From: Octopus sinensis
Lineage: Eukaryota
Length of the DNA stretch: 64,000 bases
Direction of reading: 5' to 3'
Assembly (NCBI RefSeq): GCF_006345805.1
Contig: NC_043002.1
Location: forward strand, 51,894,001 to 51,958,000
Part shown: one piece after another, positions 40,160-53,078 of the stretch
Numbering within the stretch: the stretch's first letter is position 1
How the letters are laid out: every line of letters starts with the position of its first letter
Made by a program: the position numbers and the translations under genes
Notes under the pieces: model-generated
The model's database searches: none
What the model saw: only the letters and a program-made list of their open reading frames with translations
Told to the model about the DNA's origin: nothing

Positions 40160-40546
40160 CGTTTCAGCCATTGGATTACGGTCATGCTGAAGCACCAACT
40201 TGAAGGGTTTAGTCGAACAAATCAACGTTAATACTTATATTTTGAGCCTGGTACTATCAGTCTTTATGCCGAATCACTATGTTACAGAGACACAAACAAA
40301 CTATCGTCGGTTATCCATCGGTGAAGAGAAGATAAACACACACTCATGTATATATATATACATATATATATACGACAGGCTTCTTTCAATTTCCTCATAC
40401 CAAATCCATTCACAATGCTTTGGTTGATCCGGACCTATATGGTTGATGTCATCTGCCCATTGCCCAAGGTGACAGGCTGTGGGACTGAAGCCGAAAGTAT
40501 ATGATCAGAAGGCAAGTTTCTCAACCGCACGGTCACACCTGCGCCG
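40160..40546 (-). mobile_element. CORE-type SINE family B, diverged
   Basis: TTTCAGCCATTGGATTACGGTCATGCTG tail through GCCCAAGGTG and GGGACTGAA head in reverse. Confidence 0.65.
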
Positions 40547-41519
40547 CAAAGTAACATTAGATGCAAATGGTAACGAGTGTCTTGGAATAACGCTAAGTTC
40601 AAAGCAAGTTTAGTTCTAACTCTAATTTCGAAATTCTATATTTCTACGTACGTCACTAATTGTTCTATGAGAGCAGCACTGCATTGTATCCATTTGACTA
40701 TTAAATGGCCCAGTCCGCATAACCATCAATATGTAAAAAATATGAACTCACATATGCACAGGCAACACTGTAAAATGAACGAGTGCAAAGTGCTGAGTTT
40801 GATTTACCACTATAACTTGTATGAGAATATACTTCACCAAACTGACTTCCCCATGAACTGTAGTGTCTATGACGAATTGTAAAATGAATTGTGGTCTGGT
40901 CCATTGTTAAATTGACCAGATCTCAATGTGGAAAAACAGTATTGATAACTTGTAGAAAGAATGGCTAAAACCTACAATTGCAATGGGTCAAGTTTAACTT
41001 GGTGCTACAGGTTGTAGAGGAGGTTCCAGCAAACTGACTTCATCTTAATACACTACAAGATGCGTCACCTCCCCAATCCCCACCATAAGAATCCACACAC
41101 ACAAATGCGGAAACCATTTGAAATCGCTAGATGTGGTAGCTAATTTATACCTCAAATGATAAACGCCATATTGGGCAATGTAATCTTCAGTACATTTTGC
41201 CTAGAATGAAAATAAAATAGACAGGATAGCCATGAGCGGAATGCCTTTGATCATAGAAGTGTTCGATGACGGACTAAAAAAAACATCTGGTCTACAGGGA
41301 AAGCATAAAAGTCCTAACTTACTACGGCCATCTTTTCTATAAATATGAGTTCTTGTGCCTGTGCAATAGAAATCAATACTGATAACAAGGCAAGCAATAT
41401 AAAAACAGCGTAAACACTTGTTAAAAGAAAATTTTCGTGGTTTCCTTCGTTATCTTCATTTATCATACAGAAGCCATTACAAGTGTGGTTATATGTGCGT
41501 ACGTACTTATGTACGTGTG

Positions 41520-42397
<878 letters not shown>

Positions 42398-42874
42398 CAT
42401 GGGCTTTGTGTGTGCATGTGTATAAACAGACATATACGTATTGATTGATTGTTCCCCAGCAGCTGTTTGTAACATGAGGCACCAGCCAACCTGACGCAGT
42501 TTTAACGTTCGTCTGTATCTCATAGACAATCAAGGATAACTTATTTATTGTATGTATGTGTTATATGTATGTATTTATGTACGTACATATGTTTAGATGT
42601 ACGTACTTATGAAAGTACGTATGCACCTATGTATTATTGCATGCATGTATATATGCATGTATGCTTATATGCTTATATATATATATGTTTGTTTGTATTT
42701 ATGCATACGTGTATGTATGCATGCATACACATGTATTTATGAATGACTGTCAGTATAAATGTACGTAAAGCATATTTATGCTCACCTCTATATTTTACAC
42801 ACATACATGGATACATACACTCGCATATACATTTATACACACACACACACATATATATATATGCACACACACAT

Positions 42875-42926
<52 letters not shown>

Positions 42927-44015
42927 TATACACAAGGAAGGAGAGAGTGTGTGTGTGTGAAAGAGATAGTCATATTTTTATCGAGAGATATTACAGATTG
43001 TCATTCGTATTTATAGTATATTGATATATTTTTGTGTGATAGGTACAGGCTGCACAAAAAAGAAGCAAAAAATTATATCTTTATTATAATATGTGAAAGC
43101 GCACATCCACATAACTTATATATACATACGTTCGTTCATACATATTTATACATACATGTGGGTATGTGAGTTCTTTTATGTGTGTTTTCCTCTTTCTATG
43201 ATTGCCTCTAGCTCGCCATATATTTATGATTATGTATGAATGTTCGGTTTTTTAAATTAATCTTTCAATAAAATTTTAATTATTTTTCTTACAAAAATTG
43301 GAGCAGATTTATAACAAAGAAATAAGGCTATATCATTGGAATTTAAAGAAAAAAGTGGAGAAGAATTTCATGTAGAAATGTGAAAAAAGTTTGCGTATAA
43401 TTGCTCATCTGCTTACAGGTTTGCATTTTTAACGTACATGTTAGATAGTCACTTTCTTGGAAATACTAGGATTTCTAAATTGCCCCTGAAACATTTGCTA
43501 ACCTAGCCGAGTCACCCAACAATTGTTACTCGTGTTTGTATGGATACAAAAAGCCTATAGATAGATAAATGAAATAATTATTTTAAAATTTATGTGGAAA
43601 TGCAGACATCACCACAGCGTTAATGAAGTTAAATCACTCCAGCCGAACATAGAATCATTATCGTGCTTACAATTTGCATCACCAGGGATTAACACTTGTT
43701 CTACGGAGCTCTTCAGATATAGTGTTATTTCCCATAGCTCCTTGATCGTTCAGTCGTATGGCATGTAGATAATAGGTTGAAAGACGGGTCATGACCCACA
43801 GACACATCTTCTGAGTTACATCGTGTTTCCGTCTAACTGAGAACCTGACTATACATTCCAGCATGCAGTGAAGAATTGCATGGGAGGTAACGGGACAGCC
43901 TATTTCTGTTACATTGCTTTTTTTTTTTCAATATCCTATTTACTCCCGTTTTCTTTCACATAGATTCTGCTTTTTTTTTTTTTTCAATATCCTATTTACT
44001 CCCGTTTTCTTTCAC

Positions 44016-44063
<48 letters not shown>

Positions 44064-45706
44064 TACATATATATATAATTCTGGTGATGTCTGCAGCGGA
44101 GATGTGAACGGTAGACTCATTCAGAGAGTAACAGCTACCGCTCTTTTCTACTTATTGTCGGTGGTGTTCATCCCACAACAGCGTTTAGAACTAGTGAGGC
44201 CGTTGAAGCTCGTGTAACTAGTTCTATGTGTATGTGATCCTTATACTTAGCTGGGTTAAGTAGGCTACTCTGTGGTTTTAATATGTTGCTGTATTATTTC
44301 TCTGAGGCATTGTATATTACCTGAAATGAGGGAGCTGAATCTACTGCAGCAACAAACTGTGCCCTTCACACGTTTTGATGATCTTTTACTTTTTAAAACA
44401 TTTTTCGTTTCGTTACGTTTGTGGTCAATAGGTCTCTTCTTTGTACAATCTTTTGTGAAGAGTAGTGCACATTTTGGAGTTCGTTGTAGTTTATTGCACT
44501 GTAATGTGGACACACTTTGGGTCCCGGTAGGACTGGCATGTTTACTGTCTCTATCTGTTGACAAAAGTGATTCTTAAGGATTGTTTTAAGTATGTTTGAG
44601 TGTCATATTGTTCTCTTTACTGTCTTCTATGTAAGTTGTACATGTTGTACAGGAGTTTTATGCAACTCCAAGTTTTATGTCTTCTCTGTTTTTACGTATA
44701 TTTGTGTTACCGAATGTAATGGTTGGTTTCATTTGATGTTCTCTCGTATTGCAGGAAAGAAGTGTGAGACAGGATTCCATATGTGCTGTTTTAAGATTGT
44801 TTTTGCAGAGTCATATTTCTAGGCGTTCCGTGTAGGATTGAAGTAGTTGTACATCAGTGTCTAGAATATGATGGCAGAATATGAATGGAATGTCACCTGC
44901 GCCTGAGATTGTCAATATGATTAGTTGTATTACGAATTCATGTGGGAGTAGGTCCAAAAGAGTGATGAGAAGAAGGATCTCAGTCATACTAAATTCGGAA
45001 AATTCGGGTCCTAGAAATGTTATTCTTCTACGTTGTACATGTTTGGCGGGCAAATAGTTTGTTAACCAACATTTTTATATTATTGCAAGTGTGGTGTTCA
45101 AAATCTTATTTTCAAATTACACCATTGAAATAGCTTGCATTTCATGCGTTTAGTGTTATGCTGCAGATGCTCTTGGGAATAACTATTTTCCTGAGAAAAT
45201 CTTCAATGTCGAAATTAAAATTACATAATTATTCTATGTGTAAATCGTACTACATTTTCCTCATAACATATTTTCAAATTCGAAATCCTTATGCTATTCC
45301 GCATAAAACAGTAGTGCCGGCAAGTAGCGAAGAATAAATTGTAAGCAATGGAGTTGAAATGTACTCAACATCGACGAGTGTTTAAGTACTATCAGGGCTA
45401 ACAGAGTGTCGTAGAAGCGCTGTGAGTAGACACGCATGACAATATTTCCCATGGAGAGTACGCATGGAGATGAAGGATTCAGTGATAACTTATTTACCTA
45501 TGAAGTATGCAATGAATTTAGCCTGAGTCACGACATAGGGCGCCAAATTTATTGAAAGCAATAAAAATGTAAATTAGAGGAGAAAGGTCTTTTAACAGTG
45601 ACTTTCATTATATATGTTTGTATATGTGCATGTATGCATGCAAATGTATATATATATACATAAAGAGAGAGAGAGAGAGAGAAATAGATCCATGCATATA
45701 TAAACA

Positions 45707-45748
<42 letters not shown>

Positions 45749-46052
45749 TACACATATATATACATATATATATGTGTGTGTGTGTTTATCTATATGTGTC
45801 TATTCATGTGTATATATATATATATAGAAATATTAAAATTACTAAGTCTCTCTAAAAGAGAACAACGGCAGCGTTCCCGGAAAATATTAGTTATCGCCAT
45901 ACTAATATGGCATTCTTATAAAAATAAGAAAAAAGCTGACCGCTTATTAGCTCCATGAGGCCATCGCCTTAAGTTAGCTATTTGATACACAAACTGTATC
46001 CATATAACCTTTGAACAAGGGAGGTCAGTCGCTCCACACTACTTGGCCGGCA

Positions 46053-46094
46053 GCTACAGACGCGTTTCGGGGTATTGCCCCTTTTCAATGCAGC
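46053..46094 (-). ncRNA. Minimal type-I hammerhead ribozyme, U3-A8 core variant
   Basis: 5'-GCUGCA UUGAAAA GGGG-CAAUA-CCCC GAAA CGCG UC^UGUAGC-3': 6-bp helix I (one G.U), 4-bp helix II, palindromic ACGCGU helix III, GUC cleavage triplet; predicted cut between 46059 and 46058. Confidence 0.8.
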
Positions 46095-46136
46095 GTAGCA
46101 TTGAAAAGGGGCAATACCCCGAAACGCGTCTGTAGC
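46095..46136 (+). ncRNA. Mirror hammerhead copy with weakened helix I
   Basis: Same core; helix I 5' strand is GUAGCA (3 bp, A.A mismatch, 2 bp) because the palindrome loop replaces the original sequence; predicted cut after 46130. Confidence 0.6.
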
Positions 46137-46561
46137 TGCCGGCCAAGTAGTGTGGAGCGACTGACCTCCCTTGTTCAAAGGTTATATGGATACAGTTTGT
46201 GTATCAAATAGCTAACTTAAGGCGATGGCCTCATGGAGCTAATAAGCGGTCAGCTTTTTTCTTATTTTTATAAGAATGCCATATTAGTATGGCGATAACT
46301 AATATTTTATATATATATATTCCCACACTTATTAGAGTAGTTGATTAGCTGGGCAGTTAGAGCGTTCATAGCTTTGCGTTAGAATTTAATTTCATAGTTT
46401 TCCGAGGTAAATTTTGCCTTTCATTGTATTTGGGCCGATAAATTAAACTAACAGCAAAGTACTGAGATAGATTCAATGGACTAACCTCCTCTCATCAAAT
46501 TTCAGGTATATATAAATATCACATACCAGATATAAATATAGTTATACAAATAAAACATATA

Positions 46562-47811
46562 CAGGGGTTGGACAAAATAATGGAAACACCATAAAATCAT
46601 AATTTTGAAATATCTATAAAAACGTCAAAAGCTTTCTTTTTTTTTTTTTCTATTTATAATTAGTTGTGCTTAATATTTGTTGCTAAAATTGCTGTTTCTT
46701 TTCAGATATCATCAGTAAAAGGTAGTTAAAATTCATTAAAATCACAGGTTATCGACCAAAGAGGTCAAACTGTTGGTGCTCGTATGGCAGGTGCTAACCA
46801 AAAACAGCCGAAATGTTTGGTATATCAAGAAGCACTGTCTTGAAAGTAATGCCAGCCTTTGAGCAAGAGGGGCAAACCTCCATGTCGAAACAAAACTCCG
46901 GAAGAAAATCAAAACTTACAGATAAGGACCGCCGGACTCTTACGCAAATTGTTAGAAAGGATCACAAAAGTAGAGCTTCCCAAATTACTACAGAGCTTAA
47001 TGGCCACCTCAAGAACCCAGTTTCCACAAAAACTGTTTGCCGGGAGCTGCACAAAGCTAGATTCCACGGGAGGGCTGCAATCAGAAAACCACTACTTTCA
47101 AAATAAACGTTGCAAAGTGTTTAGACTGGAGTAAAATCCTACAGAATTGGTCCCTAGAGCACTGGAAGAATGTTATTTTCTCGGACGAGTCATCCTTTGC
47201 CTTATTTTCGACCACCGGCCGAGTATACGTATGGAGACAATCAAAGGAAGTATTTGACCCAGATTGCCTTCTTCCGTCTGTTAAACATGGAGGAGGATTT
47301 GTGATGATTGTGGGTGGGGGGGTATCTTGAAAATCCGCCGGCCCAATGTTTTCCCTTCATGGCAGAATTAATAGTCTAGACTATTTAAGCATTTTATCTG
47401 ATCAAATTCATCCTATGGTTGCGGAACTGTTTCCGGAGGGAAATGCAATCTTTCAGGATGATAATGCACCAATTCACAAAGCCAAAGTTGTTACTGAATT
47501 GCCCGAGGAACATTCTAGTGAAGTTGAACATTTTATCTGACTACCATAGTGTCCAGATCTCAATATTATTGAACATTTATGGTGCATTTTAGAAAAACAA
47601 GTAAGGAGTCGATATCCTCCACCATCATCACTACAAGAACTGGAGACTGTTTTAGCTGAAGAATGGACAAAAATTATTTTGGAAACAATTCAAACTTTGT
47701 ACGAGTATATAACTGGTAGAATTCAAGCTGGAACTACTGCCAAAGGCGGTCCTACCCATATCATAATATAAATTTGAAAGTTTAAGGTATTTCCATTATT
47801 TTGTGTACCTG
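46562..47811 (+). mobile_element. Tc1-like transposon with DD36E spacing (Incomer-like), decayed
   Basis: TIR CAGGGGTTGGACAAAATAATGGAAACACC after TA, with a degenerate right TIR; ~1250 bp; transposase motifs GRKSKL, IFSDES, FQDDNAPIH, PDLNIIEHLW; 36 codons between the second D and E with no frameshift in that interval. Confidence 0.9.
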
Positions 47812-47818
47812 TCTACCA

Positions 47819-47866
<48 letters not shown>

Positions 47867-48717
47867 CTCTCGTTGTCTATCAGTTTATCTACCTATCTAT
47901 CTTTCTTCCCCCCTCTCTCTTCCCCCCTCTCTCTCTGTATATATAATACAACTATGTTCAAGTAATAATTTTTTAGAAAATTTTAGAAACTTTTTCTCAC
48001 TTCCTTATTAGTCTTTTGCACTGATTTGTAACAATAGCGTTACTAAATCTATTAGGCTGACATTTCGGAACATTCACCAACCTAATCACAATCCAATCTT
48101 CTAAATAAGCTACTTTAATGGTTTGTACTCAACCCATTATGCGACAAGCAGCAAAGGGCTCGAGGAATAATTTTAGAGCTGATGAAATCCTTAATACTGG
48201 ATTGGTTGACAATTTGTTTATAAAACAAGAAAAAAAAAGCCATTGGAACTCATTATTATGCAATGCACAAAAATAAAATTAGAATAACACTAGTTTGCCA
48301 ACACAACTATTTTATGCGGAATTGCATAAACATTTAGAATTCGAAAATATATTATCAGGAAACATAGTAAGAATTACATATAAAATAATTATGTAATTTT
48401 AAAGTCGGCATTGAGGATTTTCTCAGTTATACAGTTATTCTCAAGAGCATTTGCAGCATAACGCAAAACGTGTGAATTCCAAGCCATTTCGGCAGGGTAA
48501 TTCTAAAATGAGATTTTGCATGTTTCGAAATGTCAGCCTAATGGATTTAGGGACCTTATTGCACCAAACGAAGCAGAAAAGACTAATGAAGAAATATGAA
48601 AATTATTTAATGTAAGATATAAATCTTGAACATAGTCATATTTTTAACATAACATATTTGAAAGTAAATCTGTTTAGGTTGCACGCTCATCATATATATA
48701 TCCAAAGAGAAAGATTG

Positions 48718-48988
<271 letters not shown>

Positions 48989-49493
48989 CATACACATAAA
49001 TGTGTGTGTATATAATATTATGATATAATTGTACATATAACTCCTCTGAAGTACGCTTTTCTTGTTATTCTATGCATCCACAATGTGTGTGTGTGTGTGT
49101 ATATGTATGCATGTATGTGTGTGTGTGTGTGTGTGTGTTTGTGAGTGTGTAAGCCTGTTCGTTCATGAATGTCATGACTTGAAACTCTCCACCAACCTTT
49201 GTATCTACGTTGCTTGAGTCATCACATGCTTGCTATACTCATATAATACATGAGTCACACAACGTTAAGATCCTTGAAAGATTTCTCCACATGTATCTAA
49301 AGAGTATTTTAAAAGCAGGTTGTTTCAGTATGGAAACACTCCTCATCAGGTACCAGATATGAGAGGTAGGTTTTATGACTCGTTTTCATAATTTCTATCG
49401 CTGTCTTGCACATTTTCAGCAGGATAGATTGGAGTAAAGAGAAATAAAGTATTTTGTCCAAGAACACAACGCCCCATTAATCTAGGAACCGAA

Positions 49494-50381
49494 ATGGAAG
49501 CGACGGCAGGTCATCTGACCGCCTCTCAGAGAGTGGAATTCGCAGAGGATCTACTTCTGGTTTATGATCTTCTCTTCAGCTTATCCAAACTATTTACATT
49601 GGGTTTAATGAAAATCTGGCCTGCCCCTTGGGTTCTAAAGGAGGGACAATCAAGCATATCTTAAGTAGCTGCTCCAACTTATTGAATAAGCGACGCTGTC
49701 GTTGGAGGTCGGTGGCAGCAGAAGTAGCTATACTTCAGTTAGAAAGACAGCCTTTGTTAAAGGGAGAGAGAGAGAGAGAGAGAGAGAGGCCTTAAAAAAG
49801 ACCCAAGAAGTTAAAAAAGACCCAATAGCTGCAACGGTTGGGTTTCCACAGCATATGAATTGATGACGAAGCTGACCAAGAGAAGCAGCTAAAATTTTCT
49901 TCACTTACGACCTAGCCCTTGTTGAGATCAGATACAAGTTTGGTATCTCAGGCAATTGGGCAGCTAATCCTATTCGAATTTAGTGTGACTGAGGGAAGAC
50001 GACGAAGAAGACACAAGAGCGGAAGAGAGATAAATAGCAGAAGCTAGTGGAGGACTGTCGCACAAAATGGATGGAAAATCATAAATTTGCTTGTAGAGGT
50101 TGGTAGTCAAGTGTTCGCAGGACATTCTTTGAGTGCGGCTCATGGAGCACAGTATATTATCGGAATAAGCAGAAGAAGAGACATCAAGATTAGTGTCGAG
50201 ACTGCAGGGAAAGCACCGAATTGGCTCCAGTTAAAAAGAAGTGTACGGTGGGGGTCAGTCGAGAGCTGCATGGGCGCAGATCTATGCTTGAGCAGTCAAG
50301 GTCGGCTCGTCTGAATGCGAGTAAATGTGTGACCTGATACACACAGTGACACCAGGAAACAACACTGACAATATCTCGAGT
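49494..50381 (+). mobile_element. HERO-like non-LTR retrotransposon 3' fragment (zinc knuckle plus restriction-like endonuclease)
   Basis: Broken translation VYDLLFS...ACPLGSKGGTIKHILSSC...RW...LILFEL...ERKRDK..LVEDCR..GWK....VEVGSQVFAG.SL...AGKAPNWLQLKR matches HERO-clade CCHC and RLE C-termini. Confidence 0.75.
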
Positions 50382-50469
50382 ATTGCATCTGCAATACTCG
50401 GGATATTTTCAGAAGACACACGCACACACACACACATACACACACACGTACACACACACACATACATAC

Positions 50470-50500
<31 letters not shown>

Positions 50501-50715
50501 CAAGCATACATACATACTTATATACACACATTCATACATAAATACATACATGCATCAATCAACCAATGAATGAATGAATGAATCAGTCAATCAATCAATC
50601 AGTCAGACAATTTATCAATCTATCAAGACAACAAAAGAAAGAAAGAGACATCGATATTATGTAAATAGAGAAATTTATCTGTAAATATAATATGTGATAA
50701 TTATTCGGTAGCCAT

Positions 50716-50776
50716 GATAAAACTCCGAGTTTCGGATGTCGGTGCGGAAACTCACGGCGGCATATCTCCAGTTATC
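50716..50776 (-). ncRNA. Mutated hammerhead copy (CUGGAGA core, G10.1 to U)
   Basis: 5'-GAUAA CUGGAGA UAUGCCGCCGUGAGUUUCCGCACCGACAUCC GAAA CUC G GAG UU^UUAUC-3'; core substitutions predict inactivity. Confidence 0.55.
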
Positions 50777-51271
50777 GGGCCATCGAAAAAGAGCTGATAG
50801 AATGACCGTTAAGTAAGGGGAGGGAGTAAAGGTAAGGGAGTAAAAATGTTCATAGTAATCGCGAAAGCGCACATGTCCATACATACACATGCGCGCCCGC
50901 ACGCCCACTTACATGCGCCTATATGTATATACTTATCCATCCTCACTTAAAACACACACATGCTCATAGATATAAATATATGCATGAGTGCGTGTGCGAG
51001 CGTGTATGCGGGTATGTATATATTTTTTGGCGAATGTGTGGGTGAGCATGTGTGTGTTTCAAGTGAGGGTGGATGAGTATAAACATATAGGCGCATGTGT
51101 ATGTATGGACATGCGTGCCTACGCGATTACTATGAACATTTTTACTCCCTTACCTTTACCCCCTCCACTTACTTAGCAATCATTCTAATAGCACTTTTGT
51201 CTTAACGGTCAATCACACTGTAATTTCCCTTTATTTCAACGGTGATTTTCATAGCATTTTTTCGATGGCCC

Positions 51272-51332
51272 GATAACTGAAGAGATGCCGGCGTGGATTT
51301 CTGCACCGACATCCGAAACTCGGAGTTTTATC
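51272..51332 (+). ncRNA. Type-I hammerhead ribozyme motif with long helix II
   Basis: 5'-GAUAA CUGAAGA GAUGCCGGCGUGGA-UU-UCUGCACCGACAUCC GAAA CUC-G-GAG UU^UUAUC-3': 5-bp helix I, canonical core, long imperfect helix II with one bulged C, near-palindromic ACUC(G)GAGU helix III; predicted cut after 51327. Confidence 0.7.
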
Positions 51333-51695
51333 ATGACTACTGAATAATTGTAAAATATATTTACAGATATAATTATATATATATAAAATATCAACGAATC
51401 AATGAATCAATCAATTTATCTCTCTCTCTCTCTCTCTCTCTCTACATGTAATGTATATATATATTTATATATTTATATATCTAATATATATATATATATA
51501 TATATAATATATATATATATATAAAATATTATGATATATACATATATATATTTATGATATATATGTGTGTATGAGTTTGTTTGCATGTATATATATACAT
51601 TCACGTGTGTATGTACACACACGCATAAATATATATATGAATATATCAATACGTACATACATATATAATCTACATACATACATTCACACACACAT

Positions 51696-51740
<45 letters not shown>

Positions 51741-52233
51741 CGCACGCACACATATATTCATGCACGTGTGTGTGCATACATGTATGCTCGCAAGTTTTTA
51801 TGTATGTGTATGTGTATATATGCAAGTTCGCTGAATGCGTTAGTCCTTTGACTCCGCCGCTTAGAACGAGAGTGGTGTTAGCCAATCACTAAAATACAGA
51901 ACTTTAATATAAGTAACAGACTGAAATAATTACAGAGGTCGCTATGGTCGTCTAATCCAACCCTACACCGGAGGCGGTGCTTCAGAATATAATAAAAAAA
52001 TAAAAGAAATGTCTGTGTATGCATGTGTATCAGTTTTGGGCGCGTGTTGTGGTTGTAACCCTCTCTAAATCTGCCTTCTCTTTCTCTCTCCCTGTCTCAT
52101 GCCTTTCCCCTCTCTTCCACTTCCTCTTCCTCTCCCCCCTCTCTCTCTATATATATACATACATACATGTATGTGTATTTGAGTGTGTGTACATGTGTAT
52201 ATATATGTGTGTATGTATGTATGTTTATATGTA

Positions 52234-52315
<82 letters not shown>

Positions 52316-52344
52316 GCTAGCTAGCTAGCTAGCTATCTATCTGG

Positions 52345-52379
<35 letters not shown>

Positions 52380-52685
52380 TCTATATACATACATATATAT
52401 ATATATGTATACATACAGACATACATATGTATGTATGAACTTAAACATATACCTATATATAGATATATATGTATGGCACATATGTGTATGCTCAAATATA
52501 CATATGTATACATATATGCGTATATATTTATATTATATTATATATATATATGAGTATATGCGCATACATACATATATACGTGTATTCGTATATATATATT
52601 TATATATATATATATACACATACACACACACATATATATATATACACATAAAAATATATATATCTATATATGGCATATATACATC

Positions 52686-52736
<51 letters not shown>

Positions 52737-52959
52737 CATATATACATACATATATATATGTATATAATGTATATACGTATGTATATGTTTATATATATAT
52801 GCATATACATATATGTATATATATATAATATATATATCATCTGTTTATATATGTGTATGTATAAGTATATTTATATACATACATATACATTCATATATTT
52901 ATATGTATATATATATGTATGCATTCATATATATATACATATGCATATGTATACCGGAG

Positions 52960-53078
52960 TAAGCACATAAATGTGAAACAGGGTGGACAAAAAGAGTACT
53001 CAACTACTAGATGTAGAGTAATATGGCTTTATGCAGAAATATAACGGAAGTTGTTACTCAGAGTTTCACATTCCCGTG
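52960..53078 (-). mobile_element. Probable PLE-type terminal fragment with the 3' half of a hammerhead
   Basis: Minus strand ...ACGGGAAUGU GAAA CUC-U-GAG UA^ACAAC; CUGANGA half absent. Confidence 0.4.

Larger units (their letters stand above)
45827..46308. mobile_element. Penelope-type terminal-repeat element as a perfect head-to-head palindrome (arms 45881-46091 / 46098-46308, 6-nt loop)
   Basis: The two 211-bp arms are exact reverse complements by manual comparison; the left arm extends 54 bp further; flanked by (TA)n; hammerhead motif at the centre. PLE assignment is inferred from the hammerhead type. Confidence 0.75.
50678..51367. mobile_element. Inverted pair of hammerhead-bearing repeats (arms 50678-50894 and 51091-51367)
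   Basis: Diverged long inverted arms around a ~195-bp microsatellite-like spacer; TA at both outer ends; each arm carries a hammerhead-like motif pointing outward. Confidence 0.75.

Noticed and set aside
40880-40960. PDLN-like Tc1 motif
   Set aside because: Too short and degenerate to support a transposase call.
45978-46211. Twin 66-aa ORFs MNKGGQSLHTTW... on both strands
   Set aside because: A by-product of the palindrome; no domain similarity recognised.
49310-49356. CTGATGA...GAAAC on the minus strand
   Set aside because: Helix III and helix I cannot form; at best a very decayed relic.
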